Shown: positions 50,049 to 59,742 of the stretch, piece by piece
Numbering within the stretch: the stretch's first letter is position 1
How the letters are laid out: every line of letters begins with the position of its first letter
Source of the DNA: an uncultured Desulfatitalea sp.
Lineage (GTDB): Bacteria; Desulfobacterota; Desulfobacteria; Desulfobacterales; Desulfosarcinaceae
Direction: 5' to 3'
Length of the DNA: 64,000 nt
Assembly (NCBI GenBank): GCA_963668675.2
Contig: CAXXMB010000002.1
Location: 2,016,001 to 2,080,000 of the forward strand
The notes under the pieces: generated by a model
Seen by the model: the letters and a program-made list of their open reading frames with translations, nothing else
What the model was told of the DNA's origin: nothing
Databases searched by the model: none
Program-made: the position numbers and the translations under genes

Positions 50049-50492
50049 TTAGTGAACCATAATCTGCTTTGGTTTGGGCACCTCAGGCTTGGGGATCTCG
50101 ATCTTCAATACGCCATCCTTAAACTCTGCCTTGATGGCATCCGGATCCACTTCAGCGGGAAGGGCAAAAGAACGTTCAAACCGACCATATACACGCTCGC
50201 GCCGATAGTAGTTGTCTTCGGTGACCTCGTTTTCACCGTCACGCTCCCCCTTGAGCGTCAGCGTGCGACCATCTAAATCGACAGCAATCTGATCCTTGTC
50301 CACACCGGGCAACTCCGCTTTCACAACAATCGCTTCATCGTTTTCATAAACATCCACGGCCGGATTCCAGTTCCAATTCCGATCATCTCTGCTGACACCG
50401 CTGGCGGGGGCGAAAAAATCATCCCATAGCGTATTGAAACGGCTGTTCAGATTGAAAAATCCCCCAGTTGGATTCCATCTCATCAGTTCCAT
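50049..50492 (-). CDS. Hsp20/alpha-crystallin small heat shock protein
   Basis: PAVDVYE, AELPGV, RRER.YG.F.RSF.LP, A.FKDGVL.I.IPK; AGGAGG RBS before ATG 50492. Confidence 0.95.
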   Translation of the reverse strand: MELMRWNPTGGFFNLNSRFNTLWDDFFAPASGVSRDDRNWNWNPAVDVYENDEAIVVKAELPGVDKDQIAVDLDGRTLTLKGERDGENEVTEDNYYRRERVYGRFERSFALPAEVDPDAIKAEFKDGVLKIEIPKPEVPKPKQIMVH

Positions 50493-50659
50493 AACGACAC
50501 CTCCTGTTAACCTGGTTCGAATGCTCACGGGTACCTTGGTTTCAATTCCCGTTTGAACAGAAAGGTAACAACAGGATGTGATGTGTCAATATTGTCACAT
50601 TACTTTTTAGTAAACATTTATTAAGTAATACAGAGCGGCGTGGGTTGCCCTCACGGGGA

Positions 50660-50838
50660 GGCGAGACCAGTGGGTGGTCTGCACCTGGTCAGCATTGCGT
50701 GTCAGTGCCGTTTAGGTGCAGTGGAGAATCAGCGGCCCGGACTGTTTGAGCGCAGCGAGTTTCCGGGCCGCCCGGAACTGCGCCTTAACGGCACTTGCAC
50801 GCGTTTGCGTCAGGTGCAGACCACCCACTGGTCTCGCC
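50660..50838. repeat. 179-nt long inverted repeat / hairpin element
   Basis: Perfect 28-bp arms (50660-50687 and 50811-50838), further imperfect pairing inward and a 10-bp apical stem. Confidence 0.85.
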
Positions 50839-50901
50839 GGATTTTATGCTCGAAAGGTAAGCGACAAACCTTAAATAATCGTCAACAATCGAAAAGAGAC
50901 C

Positions 50902-52305
50902 TTACCATCCCCACGTCAAATACTTATGGATCGAATCGGCCGCCGCACGCCCGGCTCCCATGGCCAAAATAACCGTCGCCGCACCAGTGACGATATCGCC
51001 GCCGGCCCACACTCCGGCCTTCGACGTCTTCCCGTTATCGGGATCGGTCTCCACATAGCCCCACTTGTTGAGCTGCAGATCCGGCGTGGATTGGGTCAGC
51101 AATGGATTGGCCCCCGACCCGACGGCAACGATCACCAGATCGGTCTCCAAGTCGAACTCCGACCCCTCGATGGGAATCGGACGGCGGCGTCCCGAATCAT
51201 CCGGCTCGCCAAGCTCCATCTTCAAACAGCGCATGCCGGTCAGGCGACCGCTGTCGTCCCCCATATACTCAACAGGGTTGGTCAGCAAAAAGAATTCGAT
51301 CCCCTCCTCCTCGGCATGGTGTATTTCGGCGCCACGGGCCGGCATCTCATCCCTTGAGCGGCGATAGACGATCCGCACCGAATCGGCCCCCAGACGCATT
51401 GCTGTGCGGGCCGAATCCATTGCCACATTTCCGGCACCCAGCACAACCACATTTTTACCGTGTGGGATCGGCGTGTCCACATCAGGAAACTTGTAGGCTT
51501 TCATCAGGTTGGCCCGGGTGAGGTACTCGTTGGCCGAAAGGATGCCGATCAGGTTCTCACCGGGAATGTTCATGAAGCGCGGCAGGCCCGCGCCTACCCC
51601 CAGATAGATTGCATCGTACCCCTGTTCGAACAGCTCATCCAACGATACCGTGCGTCCCACCACCGTATTGCACTCGACCTTGACCCCCAAGCGCTCCAGG
51701 AAATTGACCTCCTGGGCCACAATGGCCTTGGGAAGTCTGAATTCGGGAATACCGTAGACCAGCACGCCGCCAGGCTTGTGAAAAGCCTCCATCACCGTCA
51801 CATCGTGTCCTTTAAGGATCAGGTCTCCGGCCACGGTCAGGCCAGAGGGGCCAGAGCCCACCACGGCTACACGCTTGCCGGTCGACTCGGCCTTGGGCGG
51901 CAACTCGCCGGTACCGTGCTCACGCTCATAGTCGGCGCAGAAACGCTCCAGGTTGCCGATGGCCACCGGGGCGCCCTTTTTCGCCAGTACGCACTTTCCT
52001 TCACACTGAATCTCCTGGGGACAGACCCGCCCGCACACCGCAGGCAGAGCGTTCTGAGTCCAGATGTAACGAATGGCCGCCGTCAAATCGCCTTCGGTGA
52101 CCAGATGAATAAAGCCGGGGATATCCACCCCTACCGGACATCCGGTCACACAGCCCGGCTTCTTGCATTGAATGCAGCGGGCCGCCTCCTCTTGGGCCAT
52201 CTTGACCGTATATCCTGTGGGAACCTCTTCGAAATTGCGTTTGCGAATATTGGGGTCCTGCTCGGGCATGGGCACGCGGCCGGGCTTCTCTTTTTTTTCC
52301 GCCAT
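50902..52305 (-). CDS. nfnB: NfnB, large subunit of electron-bifurcating transhydrogenase (GltD-like)
   Basis: EAARCIQC, CPV, CGRVCPQEIQCE, GSGPSG, YGIPEFRLP, GAGNVAMD, YRR, AGGDIVTG; downstream of an NfnA-like gene. Confidence 0.88.
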   Translation of the reverse strand: MAEKKEKPGRVPMPEQDPNIRKRNFEEVPTGYTVKMAQEEAARCIQCKKPGCVTGCPVGVDIPGFIHLVTEGDLTAAIRYIWTQNALPAVCGRVCPQEIQCEGKCVLAKKGAPVAIGNLERFCADYEREHGTGELPPKAESTGKRVAVVGSGPSGLTVAGDLILKGHDVTVMEAFHKPGGVLVYGIPEFRLPKAIVAQEVNFLERLGVKVECNTVVGRTVSLDELFEQGYDAIYLGVGAGLPRFMNIPGENLIGILSANEYLTRANLMKAYKFPDVDTPIPHGKNVVVLGAGNVAMDSARTAMRLGADSVRIVYRRSRDEMPARGAEIHHAEEEGIEFFLLTNPVEYMGDDSGRLTGMRCLKMELGEPDDSGRRRPIPIEGSEFDLETDLVIVAVGSGANPLLTQSTPDLQLNKWGYVETDPDNGKTSKAGVWAGGDIVTGAATVILAMGAGRAAADSIHKYLTWGW

Positions 52306-52393
52306 GACACCTCCTGTTGAAGAAACGACAGCCCTCAGCTGTCGTTGTGAATCGTCTCAAGCTTCACTTGCGGTCCAATCCGTTTTCGGCGCC

Positions 52394-53224
52394 TCAATCC
52401 GTGAGGCGGCAGTAGTCTTCGTAGCAGTTTTTTTCCTCTTCGCAATAGGCCCGCAGTCGCATCATGAGCTCGTCGAAATTAACCTGATGCCCGTCAAACT
52501 CCGGTCCGTCCACGCAGGCAAACTTGGTCTCCTTACCAACGCTGACCCTGCAGCCACCGCACATGCCGGTGCCGTCGATCATGATCGGGTTGAGACTGAC
52601 CATGGTGGGGACCTCATAGGCCTTGGTGATGCCACACACCGCCTTCATCATAGGCACCGGCCCTATGGCCACCGCCTGATCGATCTTGCCCTTTTTGAGT
52701 TCCGCCTCTACCACCTCAGTCACAAAGCCGTGGTGCCCATATGAGCCGTCATCGGTACAGACATGCAGATTATGGGAGGCGGCACCCATCTGCTCTTCGA
52801 GAATCAGCAGATCCTTATTGCGGGCACCGATCACACAGGTCACCTGATTGCCCGCCTGCTTGAAGGCCCTTGTAATCGGATGCAGCACGGCCACCCCCGT
52901 TCCGCCGCCCACACAGAGCACATTGCCCACCTTCTCGACATGGGTGGCCCGCCCCAGGGGGCCGATGACATCCTGAAAAGCGTCACCCTCTTTGAGATCG
53001 CGGAAAAGGGCCGTGGACTTGCCGACCACCATGTAAATCACAGTGATGGTGCCCTTCCCCGAGTCGGTATCGGCCATGGTCAGCGGAATCCGCTCACCCT
53101 CTTCGTTGGCCTTGAGGATGACAAATTGTCCCGGTTTGGCCTTGGCTGCGATCAAAGGAGCCTCGATTTCATTCAAAATCACTGTTCCTTGAGCCATCTC
53201 TTTACGATGTACGACCTTAAACAT
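52394..53224 (-). CDS. nfnA: NfnA, FAD/NAD/[2Fe-2S] subunit
   Basis: PGQFVI, GERIPLT, GPLG, GGGTG, IGPVPMM, DGTGMCGGCR, CVDGPEFD. Confidence 0.88.
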   Translation of the reverse strand: MFKVVHRKEMAQGTVILNEIEAPLIAAKAKPGQFVILKANEEGERIPLTMADTDSGKGTITVIYMVVGKSTALFRDLKEGDAFQDVIGPLGRATHVEKVGNVLCVGGGTGVAVLHPITRAFKQAGNQVTCVIGARNKDLLILEEQMGAASHNLHVCTDDGSYGHHGFVTEVVEAELKKGKIDQAVAIGPVPMMKAVCGITKAYEVPTMVSLNPIMIDGTGMCGGCRVSVGKETKFACVDGPEFDGHQVNFDELMMRLRAYCEEEKNCYEDYCRLTD

Positions 53225-53488
53225 ATCTCCTCCTTTGGTATTACCATCGGTTCCGATTTTTCATAGCGCCTTTAGAAGAAAAAGAAAAGCAGAGTTAACC
53301 GTTTTTCGATAAAAATTGGTTCTACCAACTTTAAAAGACAAGCGTCTTCAAAGCGTGTCCGCTCCTGGCAGGGCCGCGTCTTCTTACTACAGGCATGGGA
53401 ACAGGTTGATTCAAACCGCGTTTGATGTTATCCGAATGCGGCTTGAACCGAGCGAACCGGGACGTCAAAAAGGACCGAAGAAGCGACC

Positions 53489-54280
53489 ATGGATATTTTC
53501 GACAGCCACTGCCACCTCGATGACAACGGATACGATGATGATCTAGACGCGGTGATTCGACGGGCCCACGATGCCGATGTGACCGCCATGATGCAGGTCG
53601 GCATCGATCTGCACACCTCCCGGAAGGGGATCGCCATCGCCAGCCGTTACGACAGCGTCTATGCGTCGGTGGGTCTGCATCCCCACGATGCAAAAAGCGG
53701 CAGCGAATCGACACTCGGCGAGCTGCAGACCCTCGCAGGCGATGCCAGTGTAAAGGCCTGGGGTGAAATCGGCCTTGATTTTAACCGCATGTACTCGCCC
53801 AAAGCGGACCAGGAGTTATGGTTCGTCCGCCAGATCGAAGCGGCCGGGGCAGCTCACCTGCCCGTGATCTTTCACGAGAGGGACAGTCAGGGCCGCTTTT
53901 TGCAAATACTCAAAGCCCATTGGGCATCTCACTGCACCGGCGTGGTGCACTGCTTCTCTGGCACAGATGCCGAACTGGATGCTTACCTCTCGATGGGGCT
54001 CTGTATCGGCATTACCGGCATACTGACCATCAAATCACGCGGCGAAAAGCTGCGCCGCATGGCCCAGCGGATACCGGCCGAACAGCTTTTGGTCGAAACC
54101 GACGCCCCCTACCTGACCCCCACGCCCGAACGCAATAAGTTTCGCCGCAACGAACCGGCCTTTGTCCGCACCACCCTACACAAACTGGCCGCCATTCGCC
54201 AGGTGCCGATAGAAGAGATGGCCGCTCTCACCTGGGCCAACGCCTGCCGGCTCTTCAATTTAGATGCACTGCAGCATTAG
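53489..54280 (+). CDS. tatD: TatD family hydrolase
   Basis: DSHCH, GLHPHDA, GEIGLDF, HER, VHCFSG, ETDAPYL. Confidence 0.94.
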   Translation: MDIFDSHCHLDDNGYDDDLDAVIRRAHDADVTAMMQVGIDLHTSRKGIAIASRYDSVYASVGLHPHDAKSGSESTLGELQTLAGDASVKAWGEIGLDFNRMYSPKADQELWFVRQIEAAGAAHLPVIFHERDSQGRFLQILKAHWASHCTGVVHCFSGTDAELDAYLSMGLCIGITGILTIKSRGEKLRRMAQRIPAEQLLVETDAPYLTPTPERNKFRRNEPAFVRTTLHKLAAIRQVPIEEMAALTWANACRLFNLDALQH

Positions 54281-54443
54281 CCTGAAAAATCCTTCTAAAA
54301 CCGACACCCCCAATTTTCATCAACAGCGTAGGCCCTCATCTTAAGATCTGAACAAAAATGGCGATCATATGAGTGATGGGCGGATTGAACGCATTGGATT
54401 GCGGACCGACGCCAAATACTCTCAGAGATAGAGGGCAAACCCC

Positions 54444-54947
54444 ATGAAAAAGCGCACACTGCTCATCGTCGATGATGAGCCAATGATATTGAAAGCCATT
54501 TTGCGGATTCTACGCAACGACAGATACGTCATCTTCACATCAGAAAATGCCGACGAGGGGCTTAAGCTTATCGAAAGCCGCGAAGTGGACCTGGTGATCA
54601 GCGATCAGAACATGCCCGGCATGTCTGGAGTGGAATTTTTGCGGAAGGTCAAAGCCGACCACCCCGACACCCTGACGATCATGCTGACTGGTCAGACCGA
54701 TATCAACGTAGCCATGCAGGCGATCAACGACGCCGGCGTCTACAAATTCATACTGAAACCCTGGGACGACGACGACTTTAAGCTAACCATCCGGCGCGCC
54801 TTGGAGTCGAAAGAGCTGATGCGTGAACGAGACACGCTCAAGGAGCGCGTCCAATCCCGCGATGCCATGCTGCAACAACTGGAGCGGGAGCATCCCGGCA
54901 TCACCAATGTGCCAAAAGACAAGGACGGCTATCTGCTGTTTGACTAG
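54444..54947 (+). CDS. Response regulator (REC plus short coiled-coil tail)
   Basis: LIVDDE, SDQNMPGMSG, LTG, KPW. Confidence 0.9.
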   Translation: MKKRTLLIVDDEPMILKAILRILRNDRYVIFTSENADEGLKLIESREVDLVISDQNMPGMSGVEFLRKVKADHPDTLTIMLTGQTDINVAMQAINDAGVYKFILKPWDDDDFKLTIRRALESKELMRERDTLKERVQSRDAMLQQLEREHPGITNVPKDKDGYLLFD

Positions 54948-55612
54948 CCTTTTGGAAACTTCGATGCCAGACCGGCAATGGTGTGTCTCACGAGTGTACC
55001 GTCCTGAAAGATGGAAACCTCAGCCATATCCGAAAAGAGCCCCTGAACCGGGCACTCAACACCGCCATGGGCAAGGGGAGTGGCGGCCCAAAGAGCCAGA
55101 CCGCGCAGGGCGGTATTGCCCGAGGTGAAATGGGATGTAATGAACGCCAGCGCATCACCCATCAGATGGGGCCGGACCCGGGCCAAGCGACCGACCGCCC
55201 ACAACACCCCCTCCTGCAGCCCTTCATGTTCCAGGAAATTGCCGTCGGGATTGAGGTAGGAGACGAGAATCGGTGCATACTCCCGAGCCAGAACGGGGTG
55301 GCGCGCCATGATCTCCCCCATGGCTTCAGGTGATCCCCACCCCATGCCGCCCGACTCATCATTGAGATTCCACATCAGCCGCCGCATGACCACCCGGGCC
55401 GATTCCGGCTCGCGATCCGCCAGGCGGGAGACCACTTCACCCATGGCTGCGACGGCAAACCACCGCATCTGAAGATCACAATGGTAGAGCAGCCCGAACA
55501 GGGGATTGACCACCCTGCGTGCCGGCATCTTGGCTACGCAAGACAGGGCGGTCGCAAAATCGCTGGTCTGGAAGAGTTGCTCAACCTGTTTTTTCAGCTG
55601 CCGCATTGCCAT
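54944..55612 (-). CDS. HEAT-repeat protein, DVU0298-like
   Basis: RVVMRRLMWNLNDESGGMGWGSPEAMGEI motif and helical repeats. Confidence 0.8.
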   Translation of the reverse strand: MAMRQLKKQVEQLFQTSDFATALSCVAKMPARRVVNPLFGLLYHCDLQMRWFAVAAMGEVVSRLADREPESARVVMRRLMWNLNDESGGMGWGSPEAMGEIMARHPVLAREYAPILVSYLNPDGNFLEHEGLQEGVLWAVGRLARVRPHLMGDALAFITSHFTSGNTALRGLALWAATPLAHGGVECPVQGLFSDMAEVSIFQDGTLVRHTIAGLASKFPKG

Positions 55613-55647
55613 AGAAGAATCGGTAGTCCATTCTCAATTTCGAAAGA

Positions 55648-55995
55648 CTAAAACGTCACCAGTTCATAACCCTCTGCACGATAGCGGGCCATGCTGGGAT
55701 GTCCATTCATCTCATCCAGAAGGGTCAATCCCTGCTCCTGGGCCGCTTCCAGCGTGCCCATCTTCTGAGAACAGGCCTTGCACACGCCTTCGACCAGGCC
55801 GGCGGCCTTCACCTTTTCCCACAACGTGTGCAGCGGGTTTTCCGGCATGATCAATTCAGTGATCAGTTTGGTCGCCGCTCCTTCGACAACAATGCCGCCC
55901 TTCTCTCCACGGGCATGCATATCCAGGGCGTTGAGCAGTACGTGGATGAAACACATGGGATCGCCATTGAACACGAATAGTACCATTTTGCGCAT
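55648..55995 (-). CDS. DsrE-like protein
   Basis: CFIHVLLNALD, EG.A, VCKACS, GHP motifs. Confidence 0.8.
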   Translation of the reverse strand: MRKMVLFVFNGDPMCFIHVLLNALDMHARGEKGGIVVEGAATKLITELIMPENPLHTLWEKVKAAGLVEGVCKACSQKMGTLEAAQEQGLTLLDEMNGHPSMARYRAEGYELVTF

Positions 55996-56114
55996 CGTTC
56001 TCTCCTGTTAAGTTGGGTCAAGCACTCATTGCAGTATACCGTTGTTGTGTCACCCGGATCAACAGCGGAATGTCCGGAACGTAAGGGTTGTTTTCAAGAA
56101 ATGCTTCGCTGTAC

Positions 56115-56897
56115 CTATTTCTTCTTATTAAACCAGGACCTGACATTCGACACCAGGTTGACGCCTTCCGATAGGGTCTGGGCAACCACAGAGACGGGGG
56201 ACGATTTCGCCCCGCCCAGAACGCCCTCGGGTGCCTTGTCGGCACTCCCGCGCCATTTGCCCACCTCGCGCAACCCCATGTAGCCGAGGATGATCGAGAC
56301 CACCCAAGGTATCGATTCCATATAGAGTTGACCGGCAAACGTCGCCGGACCGCCCTTCCCGGCAAAAAGCACTGCCAGTTTTTCCAGGGTGCCCGCATTG
56401 ATCTTCTCGGGCCACTTCATCACACCGAACACGTATTCGAACGAGTTGAACGGGTCGATCCAGCGATCGAGAAACGGCAGCCAGGCAATCATCAGATGCT
56501 GAAGCATGTCGATGATGACCAGGAAGAAGGGAAAGAGCACGTAGAGCACCATGCAGCGTACCGACCATGGACGGGTGGTCATGCGCATGATGGCGATTTT
56601 GGAGGCGGCATCTTCGCTCACCCTGGAAGTGATGTTCGCATCGACGAGACCGATCTCCACGGCCAGCCGCTCGTTCTGAGCGGTGTACTTGTCCACCTCC
56701 TTGGCCATCACTTCAGCCCAGCGGTTCTGCTGCTCCGGAGACAACTGCTGAACCTCGGTCTGCAACTCTTCCGGAGTCGACGCCTGGGAGGGATCGCCAG
56801 TGACCGCTTTCACCGTATCGCGACCCTTCTTAAAAAGCTCCGAAACTTTGCTAGCAGCAGTAATAATGGTCGGAATGGCAGATATCAATTGCAACAT
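56115..56897 (-). CDS. 3TM-holin-like membrane protein
   Basis: Amphipathic N-terminus, coiled region, RP before a TM segment, LGYMGLR..GKW.G motif, basic C-terminus; coupled to a wall peptidase. Confidence 0.65.
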   Translation of the reverse strand: MLQLISAIPTIITAASKVSELFKKGRDTVKAVTGDPSQASTPEELQTEVQQLSPEQQNRWAEVMAKEVDKYTAQNERLAVEIGLVDANITSRVSEDAASKIAIMRMTTRPWSVRCMVLYVLFPFFLVIIDMLQHLMIAWLPFLDRWIDPFNSFEYVFGVMKWPEKINAGTLEKLAVLFAGKGGPATFAGQLYMESIPWVVSIILGYMGLREVGKWRGSADKAPEGVLGGAKSSPVSVVAQTLSEGVNLVSNVRSWFNKKK

Positions 56898-56913
56898 CTT
56901 CTCCTCCTTTCCG

Positions 56914-57468
56914 TCAGGCGATCATTTCCGGCGCTATGAGTTTGCGCTCGACCAGGGCAAGCTCGATCTCTTCCGGCCCCATCGTCTTCAAGGGGTTGCC
57001 GCCCGTTTTAAGCTGGGCGTGGGGATACTCCCTGAAGCCGGTCCAGTCGCCGGCCCAGTTCATTCCCACCTGTCGTACCGCCTCGCCATAAGCATCCCAA
57101 AACGCCTTGGCGTGCAGGTAGTTCCACTCCGGCTTGCCGCCGATCAACGGTACGGCATCCCACGCTTCGCCATAGTTGTGCCACGACTCTCCCGGTGCGG
57201 CATTGGTGACGTGCCGGCCGTAGCAGGGCCCGACGCTTTCGATAACATTGGCCAGGTAGTCGAAACCCCTGCGGCTCAACTTGACCATCTTGGCATCGAT
57301 CTCCTTGCGTGAGCGCGATTGCCGGTAAAGCCGGGCCTGCTCCTCCAGCGGGCGCAAGGTGCAGTAGATGAGAAGATCAAATCCAACAGCCTCCTTGCAG
57401 GCCTGTTGCACCAGAAGCGCCTTTTCACCCGCCTCGGGCACGAGGTCTTTCAAATCTCTTGACGCCAT
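56914..57468 (-). CDS. M15 family zinc peptidase (L-Ala-D-Glu endopeptidase / endolysin-like)
   Basis: LR..EEQARLY, VTNA.PG.SWHNYG.A.D, W.GDW..F.EYPH.Q; no signal peptide. Confidence 0.9.
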   Translation of the reverse strand: MASRDLKDLVPEAGEKALLVQQACKEAVGFDLLIYCTLRPLEEQARLYRQSRSRKEIDAKMVKLSRRGFDYLANVIESVGPCYGRHVTNAAPGESWHNYGEAWDAVPLIGGKPEWNYLHAKAFWDAYGEAVRQVGMNWAGDWTGFREYPHAQLKTGGNPLKTMGPEEIELALVERKLIAPEMIA

Positions 57469-57469
57469 G

Positions 57470-57535
57470 ATCTATCCTCCTGATTATGGGCCTCCTGTTT
57501 ATGGGCCTTCTATGCGTGGGTCTCCTGTGTCTGGG
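57470..57535 (-). repeat. Four 15-bp tandem repeats, each carrying an RBS-like core
   Basis: Minus-strand units CACAGGAGACCCACG, CATAGAAGGCCCATA, AACAGGAGGCCCATA, ATCAGGAGGATAGAT immediately before the peptidase ATG. Confidence 0.7.
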
Positions 57536-57821
57536 TTAACACCGTGTCGGTTTGCTTGCACCTGCGCATGGAGCTCCTTGTTCTAACTTACCGCAGGTTA
57601 CCCGGGACCAGGACGGCATCACGACTGTGGAGATGGCGGAGGTCAAATGGTAGATGTGCCGGATCTTTTTGAAATTTGAAAGGAGATGGTGGTGCTGTTG
57701 TAACCTACTATATTAACAACTAATACAACACCATATGATGTGCAAGAACTTTTTGAAATCATCGGGCAGGGACGGAGGGCACCCCGCCCCTGCGACAACA
57801 ATAGAGAGAAGTCGGATCGGC

Positions 57822-58013
57822 TCACTCCGTTTCCCAGGTAATCACATCTTCGGGGCAATACTTGATCGCCTCGTCCACACAAGCCCGGGGGTAGTCGTCC
57901 ATATCGGCCACGGTGATATAGCCGGCGTCGTTCATACTGAACACCTCGGGGCATACAGCCACACACCCCATGCAGAGGGTGCATGTCGAGAGATCCAGAG
58001 ATGGTCGCTTCAC
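57822..58013 (-). CDS. Single-cluster ferredoxin
   Basis: CTLCMGC...CPEVF and a distal CP. Confidence 0.92.
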   Translation of the reverse strand: MKRPSLDLSTCTLCMGCVAVCPEVFSMNDAGYITVADMDDYPRACVDEAIKYCPEDVITWETE

Positions 58014-59203
58014 GAAGGCACCTGCTCGTTGATGGCACGTCCGATAGCCTGGCCGAAGGCAAAACTCTCTTCAAGGGCATCGTTGGATGGCACATACTGG
58101 TGGCGCACCGGATCGATGATGTCGAGCTTCATGGCCTCCAGCTCCTGGGTAATCACCTTGACCGCCTCACCGCTCCACCCATAAGAGCCAAATGCCGCTC
58201 CGATTTTGTTGGTCGGCTTAAGCCCCTTCATATAGGTCAAAAAATCGCTGACCGTGGGGAAGAGGCCGTTGTTGAGGGTGGGCGATCCAACAATCACGGC
58301 TTTAGCATCCAATACGGCAGTCATGATGTCGCTGCGGTGCCATTTGCGCAGGTACATGGGGCGCACGGCAACGCCCTCGGCATTGAGCCCCTGGGCGATG
58401 GCATCGGCCATGCGCTCGGTGCTGTGCCACATGGTATCGTAGACCAGGACTGCCTTGCGCTTGGCCGTCTGTTTGCTCCACTCGGTGTAGGCAGCAATAA
58501 TCTTTTCGGGCTCTTTGCGCCAGATCACACCGTGATCCGGACATATCATTTTTATCTCCAGCCCCATCTTGATCACTTTGTCGACAAGTTTGAGAATCAA
58601 CGGCGCATAGAGCATCAGGATGTTGGCGAAATACTTCTTTGCGTGGGGCATGATGGTATGGCCGACCACGTCGTCGAATTTTTCAAAGCCGGCGTAATGC
58701 TGCCCGAATCCGTCGCTGGAGAAGAGAATTTTATCCTCCTTCAGATAGGTGAACATACTGTCGGGCCAATGCACCATACGCGTTTCGATAAAAGAGAGGG
58801 TGCGGCTGCCGAGGCTTATCTCATCTCCACTCTTGACGGCTTGGTAGTTGAGTTTGGGCACAAAGTGCATACCGAGATTCTTCGCACCCATCTTGGAGCA
58901 GTAGATCGGTTTCTCTTCACCGATACGGTGCATCACCCGCGCCAGGCTTCCGGAGTGATCCATCTCGGTGTGGTTGCTGACCACGAAATCAATGTTGCGC
59001 GGATCGACAACCTGCTGGATGTTGGCGATGAGCTGGTCGGCGAACTCTTTTTTGACCGTATCGATCAGGACGATTTTTTCATCCACGATCAAATAGGCGT
59101 TGTAGCTCGTTCCCAGAGGGGTGGAGTAGCCGTGAAAATCGTCTATGTTCCAGTCGTTGACGCCGACATCGTATACGCCTTTTGCGATTTCGATTGGTTT
59201 CAT
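58010..59203 (-). CDS. Flavodiiron protein (FprA / rubredoxin:oxygen oxidoreductase type)
   Basis: GTSYNAYL, NHTEMDHSG, MVHWPD, SDGFG, PDHG, YDTMWHST, FGSYGWSG. Confidence 0.95.
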   Translation of the reverse strand: MKPIEIAKGVYDVGVNDWNIDDFHGYSTPLGTSYNAYLIVDEKIVLIDTVKKEFADQLIANIQQVVDPRNIDFVVSNHTEMDHSGSLARVMHRIGEEKPIYCSKMGAKNLGMHFVPKLNYQAVKSGDEISLGSRTLSFIETRMVHWPDSMFTYLKEDKILFSSDGFGQHYAGFEKFDDVVGHTIMPHAKKYFANILMLYAPLILKLVDKVIKMGLEIKMICPDHGVIWRKEPEKIIAAYTEWSKQTAKRKAVLVYDTMWHSTERMADAIAQGLNAEGVAVRPMYLRKWHRSDIMTAVLDAKAVIVGSPTLNNGLFPTVSDFLTYMKGLKPTNKIGAAFGSYGWSGEAVKVITQELEAMKLDIIDPVRHQYVPSNDALEESFAFGQAIGRAINEQVPS

Positions 59204-59418
59204 TGCTCTTTTCCTTCAATTGCGTCTAAGGTTTTTAAGGGTGTTTCCCTGCGAGTGTGAACAACATCCTTGGCCGGAGAGTATCCAGTGACTTATCAGT
59301 CACAGGGGGTTCGGGGAGCACACAACCGTGTCTCACGCAACGATTGCAAATGGGACCGTTGCCGGTGCTCTCCGAACGCTCCATGGTGACAGTCATGAAA
59401 GTGGCGCCACGAACGGGT

Positions 59419-59469
59419 GGAAAAAATGGCAATGCCCTTTCTGCGTCCGGCAAAAAGGGCATCGGCACT
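59419..59469 (-). terminator. Rho-independent terminator after rubredoxin
   Basis: Minus strand GATGCCCTTT...AAAGGGCATT followed by GCCATTTTTT. Confidence 0.6.
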
Positions 59470-59486
59470 TACACAATCGGAAAAAC

Positions 59487-59648
59487 CTACTCCTCTTTTT
59501 CAAAATCGTCTTTGGACGCACCGCAAACCGGGCATTCCCAATCCCCGGGAAGGTCCTCGAATTTGGTGCCGGCCTTGACGCCGTTGTCCGGATCGCCCTG
59601 CTCGGGGTCATACACATAGCCGCAAATCGTGCATACATAACGGTCCAT
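59487..59648 (-). CDS. Rubredoxin
   Basis: [18 protein letters not shown]...GT.FEDLP.DW.CPVCG; AGGAGG RBS. Confidence 0.97.
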   Translation of the reverse strand: MDRYVCTICGYVYDPEQGDPDNGVKAGTKFEDLPGDWECPVCGASKDDFEKEE

Positions 59649-59742
59649 CTGATTCATCCTCCTTGTGTCTGTGTTCGTTATCGTCGTCAATACCCATCCA
59701 GCAGGTATATCGGTTGGCCTCATTCGTCCTCGACGCAGCTGA

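Noticed and set aside
50902..52305. Glutamate synthase small subunit partnering the FMN synthase at 45186
   Set aside because: Directly downstream of an NfnA-type gene, the standard nfnAB arrangement; not in the synthase transcription unit.
56115..57468. Prophage around the holin/peptidase pair
   Set aside because: No integrase, structural, packaging or replication genes and no att-like repeats seen.
57470..57535. CRISPR array interpretation of the 15-bp repeats
   Set aside because: Units are contiguous with no spacers and there are no cas genes.
57983..59260. Long antisense ORFs (this 425-aa one, also 7209-8243, 17674-18600, 31237-32250 and similar)
   Set aside because: Shadow frames of well-supported genes in GC-rich DNA, with no motifs of their own.
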